Made by a program: the position numbers and the translations under genes. Shown here piece by piece: positions 16,733 to 23,701 of a DNA stretch of 32,000 nt (positions within the stretch are counted from its first letter, which is position 1; each line of letters starts with the position of its first letter). The DNA comes from Pseudothioglobus sp. nBUS_23 (GTDB lineage: Bacteria; Pseudomonadota; Gammaproteobacteria; PS1; Pseudothioglobaceae): positions 1,470,001 through 1,502,000 of the forward strand of contig NZ_CP179200.1 of the NCBI RefSeq assembly GCF_051201565.1, written 5' to 3'. The notes beneath the pieces were generated by a model. That model saw nothing but the letters and a program-made list of their open reading frames with translations, was not told the DNA's origin and ran no database searches.

Positions 16733-18790
16733 TTAATTTGAGTTAAGTCTAATAAGTGTATCAGCAGCAGCAACTCCATTGGTCTCTTTTAATACTAATA
16801 GTGGATTGATATCCAACTCCTCAACTTCATTTTGACTGATTAATTCAATGACCGAAACGACTGAATCTATTACTGCTTCGATGTCCCCTTTTGGTTTGCC
16901 CCTGAAACCCTCGAGTAGCTTGTAAACCTTTAATTTTGATAAAGCTTGATGTATATCTGCTCTAGTAGCAGGCAAAATTAACACTGAACTGTCTTCTAGA
17001 AGCTCAACAAATACACCGCCACTTCCAATTACGATGTGTTTGCCAAAAGTAGGGTCATAGTCCATACCTATAATGAGCTCACAAACTGATTTTTCTATCA
17101 TTTTTTCAATAAGAAGCTCTGAACTGATAATGAATAAATCTGCACATGCCTCTTTCAGCATTTTTGTATTTTTAATATTCAGCCTAACTCCATTTAATTC
17201 AGTCTTATGAGCTAATTCTGCCCCTGACACTTTAAGAGTCACTGGGAAGCCAATATCTTCAGAAGCTTTTGTAGCTTCATTGAAATTATTAACCAGAAAT
17301 CCCTTTGGAATAGCGACGCCATACTTGTTTAAAAGTTGCTTGCCTTCATATTCTGTTAAGTGTGTTTTGGTTTTACTTTCTGAGTTAATGCTCAAAATTT
17401 TTAACTCTGGACTTATGTTGCGTGAAAATGCGCGCCCAATTTTATATGAGTGATTGAGGGCTTTCAAACACACATCCAAGCCAACCATAGGGGCAATACC
17501 CAAACTTAAACACTTCTCAATAATTCTTTTTGGCATACAATCTGCCATAGAAGCCAGTACTATTGCCTTTTCACCTGTCCCAGAGAGGGCATCTGAAAGT
17601 GCCAATAAAGTCGAGTCCCAGTCCTTCTGCTCTGATTGGTCAGTTTTAGGCCAATCCAACAGCAACATTGTGGCTGCAAATTGATCACTAATCATTGCCC
17701 TAAAGCACTCTGAAGTTCTTTTTCTATCTCCCCAAATAAATGTATGGTAATCTAGAGGATTGTCGACCTCGACATAGTCGTTTAGGGTTTGCTGAACTTT
17801 GGCCTTGTGTGATGATGTGAGTGATGGAAAATTAATTTCTAAGCCATCAATTAAATCAGCCATCATACCTGCTTCTCCGCCTGAGCAGCTCATTGAAGCA
17901 ACGCCGCTATGCTTCATTACGCCCAATAGGCTGATCAGTTTGAGTGTTTCTAGAAACTCTGGAACTGTCTCAACTCTGGCTATACCCAGACGATCAAAAA
18001 AAGCACTATATAATTTATCTGAACCCGTTAATGAGCTGGTGTGGCTCAAAGCAATCTTAGCAGATGCATTTGTTTTTCCTGACTTAATAGTAATGATTGG
18101 AACCTTCATTTTAAGCGCTCTTTGAGCAGCAATATCAAATGACTCGATGTCAGAAATACCTTCGATGTGTAGACCAATCGCATTGACTCTTGAATCATCC
18201 AACATCGCATGGATAATGTCCGCAATATTTGTATTTGATTGATTACCAAGAGTAAACATATAAGCGATTGAAAGGCCAGAAGACTGCATAGACATGTTTA
18301 GACCTATATTTCCGCTTTGCGTTATGATTGCCACCCCTTCGGATACTGGGTCACACCCATGAACGTCTGGCCACAAAGCAACCCCATCCAGACTATTGAT
18401 AAATCCGTAACAATTTGGGCCAATGAGCGGCATTCCATTGGCAGCTTCAACCAATTGTTGATTTCGTATAAGACCTATATCTCCAACCTCACCAAACCCA
18501 GAAGCATACAAAACCGCGCCGCCGCTTCCCATAGACTCAAGATCAGATACAATTTCAATGGCAGTATCTGCGTTAACCGCAATAAATGTGGCATCAGGAG
18601 GTTCTGGCAAATCTTTGACATCTCTAAAACATTTGATGCCTTCAAGAGATTCAAGGGTTGGATGAACTGCCCATATTTCATGACTGTATCCTAATTTGAG
18701 CGACTCTCTAATCGCAAAATTTGCACCTCGATTACCAACAACAGCGATTGACTTTGGGGAGATTAATCGATGCAAATTGCTTTTATTCAT
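16733..18790 (-). CDS. Fused ADP-forming acyl-CoA synthetase (ACD/NDP-forming family: CoA-binding + ligase-CoA + ATP-grasp domains)
   Basis: The N-terminal CoA-binding Rossmann region is SPKSIAVVGNRG. The phosphohistidine loop is ALSHTSSLTGS. The C-terminal ATP-grasp begins LTEYEGKQLLNKYGVAIPKG. I prefer the ATG at 18790 (MNKSNLHRLISPKSIAVVGN, 685 aa) to the ORF-track start at 18859, which would overlap the upstream ACAD gene by 62 nt and add a non-conserved-looking 23 aa. Confidence 0.85.
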   Translation of the reverse strand: MNKSNLHRLISPKSIAVVGNRGANFAIRESLKLGYSHEIWAVHPTLESLEGIKCFRDVKDLPEPPDATFIAVNADTAIEIVSDLESMGSGGAVLYASGFGEVGDIGLIRNQQLVEAANGMPLIGPNCYGFINSLDGVALWPDVHGCDPVSEGVAIITQSGNIGLNMSMQSSGLSIAYMFTLGNQSNTNIADIIHAMLDDSRVNAIGLHIEGISDIESFDIAAQRALKMKVPIITIKSGKTNASAKIALSHTSSLTGSDKLYSAFFDRLGIARVETVPEFLETLKLISLLGVMKHSGVASMSCSGGEAGMMADLIDGLEINFPSLTSSHKAKVQQTLNDYVEVDNPLDYHTFIWGDRKRTSECFRAMISDQFAATMLLLDWPKTDQSEQKDWDSTLLALSDALSGTGEKAIVLASMADCMPKRIIEKCLSLGIAPMVGLDVCLKALNHSYKIGRAFSRNISPELKILSINSESKTKTHLTEYEGKQLLNKYGVAIPKGFLVNNFNEATKASEDIGFPVTLKVSGAELAHKTELNGVRLNIKNTKMLKEACADLFIISSELLIEKMIEKSVCELIIGMDYDPTFGKHIVIGSGGVFVELLEDSSVLILPATRADIHQALSKLKVYKLLEGFRGKPKGDIEAVIDSVVSVIELISQNEVEELDINPLLVLKETNGVAAADTLIRLNSN

Positions 18791-18797
18791 TTTGGAT

Positions 18798-19955
18798 TTA
18801 TTCAAATGGTCTAAGCAATGATCTGGAAATAATATGCCGTTGAATCTCACTAGTTCCATCCCATATTCTTTCTACACGATGATCTCTCCAAATCCTCTCA
18901 AGGGGAAGCTCATCCATCAGCCCCATGCCACCTAGGATTTGAATGGCCTCATCAGAGATCATTGCAAGCACTTCAGTTGCTTTAAGTTTTGCCATAGCAG
19001 CATCACTATTCGTCATCTGACCTTGTGAATCCCTCCATGCTGCTTTAAGAGTGAGTAATTCTGCAGCATTAAGCTCCATCGACATATCAGCAAGTTTAAA
19101 TGAAACGCCTTGAAATTTACCTATCGTTTGACCAAATTGTTCACGAGTTGCAGCCCACTCCGTTGCGATCTGCAAAGCCCTTTCAGCTCTGCCTAGACAC
19201 ATCGCAGCAACAGACAATCGAGTTGCGCCTAACCATTCATTAGCCACATCAAATCCATGGTCAACCTCTCCTAAGACTTTTGATTCATGTACTCGGCAAT
19301 TATCAAAATTAAGTATGAAGTTATGATAACCTCTATGGGATACACTGTTATAACCCGGCTCAACCGAGAAACCGGGGGTCCCCTTATCGACTAAAAAGCT
19401 TGTTATCTTTTTCTTCTCACCCCTGGGGGTTTGCTCTATTCCAGAAGCAGCAAATAATATGACATAGTCAGCCATATCAGCGTGACTAATGAAATGCTTA
19501 GAGCCATTAATTACAAAATACTCACCATCTCTCTCAGCTTTACACTTCATAGAGCGGACATCAGATCCTGCATTTGGTTCCGTCATCGCAAGACAGTCAA
19601 CCTTGTCACCACGAATTGTTGGTAACAGATACTCATCAACCTGTGATCCTTTACAAGCCAATAAAATATTGCTTGGCCTAGCTACAATATACTGTAAACC
19701 AAAGTTTGCTTTTCCCAATTCTTTTTCTAGAAGGCATAAAGTAAGTGAGTCTAATCCACCACCACCATACTTTTCAGGCATATTACATGCATAAAGTCCA
19801 CTTTCTATAGATTTTTGTTTTATTTGCTCTACAACGGAATCTTCTATTTTATTATTCTTTTCAACCTCGTCCTCAAAAGGGTAAAGCTCTTTTTCTACAA
19901 AACTTTTGACAGATTCAATAATCATTTCTTGTTCACTTGTGAGTCCAAAATTCAT
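18798..19955 (-). CDS. Acyl-CoA dehydrogenase (FAD-dependent)
   Basis: 385 aa. ACAD signatures are LAMTEPNAGSDV, the middle beta-domain, and QFGQTIGKFQGVSFKLADM. The C-terminal catalytic-base context is RIWDGTSEIQRHIISR. Confidence 0.92.
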   Translation of the reverse strand: MNFGLTSEQEMIIESVKSFVEKELYPFEDEVEKNNKIEDSVVEQIKQKSIESGLYACNMPEKYGGGGLDSLTLCLLEKELGKANFGLQYIVARPSNILLACKGSQVDEYLLPTIRGDKVDCLAMTEPNAGSDVRSMKCKAERDGEYFVINGSKHFISHADMADYVILFAASGIEQTPRGEKKKITSFLVDKGTPGFSVEPGYNSVSHRGYHNFILNFDNCRVHESKVLGEVDHGFDVANEWLGATRLSVAAMCLGRAERALQIATEWAATREQFGQTIGKFQGVSFKLADMSMELNAAELLTLKAAWRDSQGQMTNSDAAMAKLKATEVLAMISDEAIQILGGMGLMDELPLERIWRDHRVERIWDGTSEIQRHIISRSLLRPFE

Positions 19956-19976
19956 TTTATCTTCCTCTAAATTGAA

Positions 19977-20507
19977 TTAACCTTGTTTGATCTGCATGAC
20001 ACGGCCTTTTTGCTTCGGAGAAGGCAGTTTCTCATGTTTATTCCAAATCTTTTGTAATATTCTAAAGACAGATTGATCTATCTCACTTGCTTTTGCTTTA
20101 TTCATATCAACATGAATAAGCATTTGTTCAGTTGTCGCTATTAATTGCCCACTCTCGCCGTGAAACATTTGATGAAAAATGTGTAATCTCTTTGAGTCAA
20201 GACCTAATATTTGAGTAGTAAACTCAAGTGGTTCATTTTCTGATGCCTCTAAATAGTAATTTATATGAGTCTCTACGGTATAAAAAGATTGACCCCCAAG
20301 TCTGTAATCATTATCAATACCTATATACTGAAACAGTGCATCTGATGCATCGCCAAACGCATAGAGATAGAAAGACTCACTCATATGCCCATTGTAGTCA
20401 ATCCAATCTGAGTGGACTTTGGCAATGTAAAGCGCCAGAGGGTTATCTAATTCATCCTCATCTGAATAATATTGATACTCTCTTGTTAGATATATTTCAT
20501 TGTCCAT
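19977..20507 (-). CDS. Hotdog-fold acyl-CoA thioesterase (4HBT/YbgC-like; possibly betainyl-/carnitinyl-CoA thioesterase)
   Basis: 176 aa. The core VHSDWIDYNGHMSESFYLYAFGDASDALF...GQSFYTVETHINYYLE matches the D-x-N-x-H-[MV]-x-N/S-x-x-Y pattern of 4HBT-type thioesterases. It is the first gene of the CoA operon. The betainyl-CoA assignment rests on context only. Confidence 0.72.
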   Translation of the reverse strand: MDNEIYLTREYQYYSDEDELDNPLALYIAKVHSDWIDYNGHMSESFYLYAFGDASDALFQYIGIDNDYRLGGQSFYTVETHINYYLEASENEPLEFTTQILGLDSKRLHIFHQMFHGESGQLIATTEQMLIHVDMNKAKASEIDQSVFRILQKIWNKHEKLPSPKQKGRVMQIKQG

Positions 20508-20563
20508 ATTTAATTAAAAAGCAAATGCAGAAATAGAATGTTATGAGAACTGATTTAATTATG

Positions 20564-20591
20564 ATTATATAATGGAATGAAAGGCCCTCAA
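20564..20591 (-). promoter_or_regulatory. Candidate sigma-70 promoter of the thioesterase-ACAD-ACS-caiD operon
   Basis: The minus strand reads TTGAGG (20591..20586), 16 nt, then TATAAT (20569..20564), 56 nt upstream of the thioesterase ATG. The -10 is part of a perfect 10-bp palindrome ATTATATAAT (20564-20573). That palindrome also gives TATAAT on the plus strand, 28 nt upstream of engB. Confidence 0.4.
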
Positions 20592-20601
20592 CTCTTGAAT
20601 T

Positions 20602-21207
20602 ATGCACAATTTTTACCGTCAAGCTAAATTTCTTTTGTCTTGCCCATCTCTTAAAGGATGTCCAAACGATAGCGGCTATGAGGTGATATTTGCTGGTCGT
20701 TCAAACGCCGGAAAATCAAGTGCTATTAATACGCTCACAGAACAAAAAAAATTAGCGAAAGTTAGCCGAACTCCAGGAAGGACTCAGCATCTCGTATTTT
20801 TTGATCTTGGCAATGACAGAAGACTTGTCGACCTTCCAGGCTATGGGTATGCGAAAGTACCTGATTCAGTTAAACAGGATTGGCATCGTAATATGAGTGA
20901 ATACTTTGATAATCGGCAATGTATAAAAGCTGCAATTCTGGTTATGGATTGCCGTCATCCATTTAAGCCGTTTGATCAAATGATGCTTGACTGGTGTGTG
21001 AATAGTAAAGTACCAATTAACATTTTGCTAACTAAATCTGATAAATTAAAAAAGGGGGCTGCTAGCACAGCTAGACTTAACGCTTTAAAGGCAGTGAAAG
21101 ATTTACCTTCAGTTAGTGTTCAACTTTTTTCTTCCCTAAAAAAAGAGGGAGTTTTAGATCTTAGTCATTATCTAAACCAAGTATTTGAAATGAGCAATGA
21201 GAGTTAA
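20602..21207 (+). CDS. engB: Ribosome-biogenesis GTP-binding protein EngB/YihA
   Basis: 201 aa. G1 is [17 protein letters not shown], followed by SRTPGRTQ. G3 is DLPGYGYA and G4 is TKSDK. It is collinear with E. coli YihA from the N-terminus. Confidence 0.93.
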   Translation: MHNFYRQAKFLLSCPSLKGCPNDSGYEVIFAGRSNAGKSSAINTLTEQKKLAKVSRTPGRTQHLVFFDLGNDRRLVDLPGYGYAKVPDSVKQDWHRNMSEYFDNRQCIKAAILVMDCRHPFKPFDQMMLDWCVNSKVPINILLTKSDKLKKGAASTARLNALKAVKDLPSVSVQLFSSLKKEGVLDLSHYLNQVFEMSNES

Positions 21208-23701
21208 TTTAGACCTTAGTTCAATTAAGTCAAATGATACTGTAATTGTTGCAAACAACCGCCAAGCTCTTGCCCTGAAGAAATCTCTAGCTCATTCAGA
21301 TCGAGCCTCTAGACTATCAAAAGTTTATTCATATCAATCTTTTCTTGAAAAGTTATGGAAGAGTAGTCAAATAAGTCAAGAAAGACGCCTTTTAACACAG
21401 CTAGAATTTCGATTTTTATTACTGCAGTTCAGTGAAGAAGCATCCGTAAAAAATCCTGAAACTTTTATTGAGGAGCTTATTAAGTGTTATAGGCTATACA
21501 AAAGCTATGGAATTGAGATTAATCAGATTTCAACATTACCTTCAATTCCTTCTAAACTGTTTGTTCGATTAATCAGGCAATATGAAAAGTTTAAAGCTCA
21601 AAATGATTGTATTGATCAAACAGATATTTTGAATTTAACTATAGATCATTTGAAGCGAATTAGCCTTCATAACGGTAATTACTTTAGGTATGGATTTAAT
21701 GAGTCCACACCCGAACAAAACAAACTTTTTGAAGCCTTGAATTGCAAACCACTGTTTGCTGAGCATCTAGAAAGCACCTCTAGAAATTTCGCATTTGTTG
21801 AACAGGAGTCTGAACTAATAGCTATTGCAAAATGGGCAAAAAGAACTAGCAATCAGTATCCAGAAAAGCAAATTGGCATTGTGGTGCCTAACCTCAACGA
21901 ATTACAGTATAAGGTGAAGTCTATATTTGACCTAGAGTTTTCCTCTAATCTGGTTGAGATTCATAAAAAGCCATACAATATTTCTTTAGGTATTTCTCTG
22001 AGCGACTACCCATTAATTAAGCATCTTATCTCAATTTTAAGGTTATCAAGCCAATTTCAAAACGGCTTTGTCGACACTGAGACACTAACCAAAGTTGTAA
22101 CATCTCCTTACATTAAAGGCGCCATGAGCGAACTCAATAATCGCGCCTTGTTAATCAACAAAATACGCCAGTTATCTGCCACTAGAATTAAAACTAATAA
22201 AATTCTTAGTCTATGTGATGGTTGTCCTAGCCTTAAGGAGATTTTTATTAAGCTCAATGACGCCAATTTAACAAAAAAAATAACACTGGAACTATCCTTA
22301 GATTCCATGAACTCATTCTTGCTTATCTGGGGCTTTACTTCAGATAGAAATCTATCAAGTAGTGAATATCAAATATATGAAAAGTATCAGGTTGAAAGTT
22401 TAGTACTGAATAAATTATCAGATTTTCACCAGTTAACTACTTTAGATGATGCTCTTAAGATATTGATTGAGCATATGAATGCCGTTATTTTTCAGCCACA
22501 AAGCGGCTCTGCAAATATTTATATACTCGGCTCTCTAGAGGCTGAGGGGTTGTTTTTTGATTTTGTCTGGGTCTGTAGTATGACCAGTAGTTTCCTTCCT
22601 GGAAAAATTAAGATGCCTTTATTTATTCCGCCTAAAACGTCTGTGGAATATTGTTTGCCTGGAACAAGCTTTGAGCTCATCACCAAAGAAAGTGAAATAA
22701 CACTTAACAATTTGCAAAATTTAAGCAAAAATTTGACTTTTAGCTACTCAAATTACTCAGAAAGTCGAGAGCAGATCGCCACCCCTTATCTTTTATTTGA
22801 AGACCCACAACAGATTAAAGATCCTCAAGTGACTCCTAGAGAGATGGAGCTGATTGAAGATTTTATTGCACCCAAAATTAAAAATTTAGAGATTAAAAAA
22901 GGCGTTAAAACACTTCAAGACCAGATGGGTTGTGAATTCAAAGGCTTTATCAATAGACTAAATTTTCAAGAAATTAATGACTCAGTGATAGGCATTAGCA
23001 AACTTGAACAGGGGAATATCATTCACAACATATTAGAAAGATTTTTTAACGAAGTCTCGTCAAGCTCAGAATTAAAGGATTTGTCAGAGACTAGACTAGA
23101 TGAATTAATAGAAACTCACTCTGAAAATGCCCTCCAAGAAATACCTCAGTCTAATTTTAGAATTAATGAAAAGGTAAGAGTAAAAATAGTAATAAAACAA
23201 TACATAGACCTTGAAAAAAATCGAGAATTTTTTGAAGTGGTTGGGACTGAATCTGAAGCGCAGGTTGACATTGCTGGCTTAAAATTCTCTACCCGTATTG
23301 ATCGAATGGATCGCTTGAAAGATGGCTCAAAACTTATTATTGATTACAAGACAGGAAAAAATATAGGAATAAGAAAACTCATTAATCAGCCTTTAGAACA
23401 GGCCCAACTTCCAATTTATGCAATCTCAAATGAGGTTGATGGCGTGGCGTTCGCCACTATTAACTCTCAGGACTGTAAATTTAAAGCTATTACAAAAAAT
23501 AAAAACGATTTGCCAATGAGTAGCCAGTCAATTAATAGAATGCCTGAATGGAAAAAGCAAGTCTCTGATTGGAAAGATGAACTGGTCCAGGCAAGTCAAA
23601 AATTCCAGAATGGGCATGCTGAAGTTTTGCCTTCATCACACGCTTGTGACTTCTGTGACTATGATTTACTATGCAGAGTCGATAAATCGGGTAATGACTA
23701 A
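21197..23701 (+). CDS. AddB-like PD-(D/E)XK nuclease with Fe-S cluster cysteines and an ATPase-motif-less helicase-like N-terminal scaffold (probable DNA repair protein)
   Basis: 834 aa. The C-terminal RecB-family nuclease motifs are [16 protein letters not shown] and QLPIY. A four-Cys set resembles AddB/Cas4: an upstream GCEFKGF plus the terminal C817-x2-C820-x5-C826 ([12 protein letters not shown]). I find no Walker A (GK[ST]) anywhere in the protein. The ATG overlaps the engB end by 11 nt. Confidence 0.72.
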   Translation: MRVNLDLSSIKSNDTVIVANNRQALALKKSLAHSDRASRLSKVYSYQSFLEKLWKSSQISQERRLLTQLEFRFLLLQFSEEASVKNPETFIEELIKCYRLYKSYGIEINQISTLPSIPSKLFVRLIRQYEKFKAQNDCIDQTDILNLTIDHLKRISLHNGNYFRYGFNESTPEQNKLFEALNCKPLFAEHLESTSRNFAFVEQESELIAIAKWAKRTSNQYPEKQIGIVVPNLNELQYKVKSIFDLEFSSNLVEIHKKPYNISLGISLSDYPLIKHLISILRLSSQFQNGFVDTETLTKVVTSPYIKGAMSELNNRALLINKIRQLSATRIKTNKILSLCDGCPSLKEIFIKLNDANLTKKITLELSLDSMNSFLLIWGFTSDRNLSSSEYQIYEKYQVESLVLNKLSDFHQLTTLDDALKILIEHMNAVIFQPQSGSANIYILGSLEAEGLFFDFVWVCSMTSSFLPGKIKMPLFIPPKTSVEYCLPGTSFELITKESEITLNNLQNLSKNLTFSYSNYSESREQIATPYLLFEDPQQIKDPQVTPREMELIEDFIAPKIKNLEIKKGVKTLQDQMGCEFKGFINRLNFQEINDSVIGISKLEQGNIIHNILERFFNEVSSSSELKDLSETRLDELIETHSENALQEIPQSNFRINEKVRVKIVIKQYIDLEKNREFFEVVGTESEAQVDIAGLKFSTRIDRMDRLKDGSKLIIDYKTGKNIGIRKLINQPLEQAQLPIYAISNEVDGVAFATINSQDCKFKAITKNKNDLPMSSQSINRMPEWKKQVSDWKDELVQASQKFQNGHAEVLPSSHACDFCDYDLLCRVDKSGND

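Noticed and set aside
17799-18694. Plus-strand ORFs of 108 aa (17799-18125) and 125 aa (18317-18694), and a 76-aa one at 17454-17684, antisense to the acyl-CoA synthetase.
   Set aside because: These are shadow ORFs inside a gene with clear domain motifs. They have no motif and no ribosome-binding site, and their composition is atypical of real proteins.
18791-18859. ORF-track N-terminal extension of the acyl-CoA synthetase (MELVRFNGILFPDHCLDHLNKSK), overlapping the ACAD gene by 62 nt.
   Set aside because: The internal ATG at 18790 is followed directly by the conserved CoA-binding N-terminus and leaves a 7-nt gap to the ACAD stop. The extension has no family-typical sequence. A longer form cannot be strictly excluded.
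21197-23701. The large nuclease considered as part of an anti-phage defence or mobile-element system.
   Set aside because: The neighbours are core housekeeping genes (engB, cca, msrB). There is no methylase, ATPase partner, toxin, integrase or repeat nearby. The motif set fits the AddB-type repair family.
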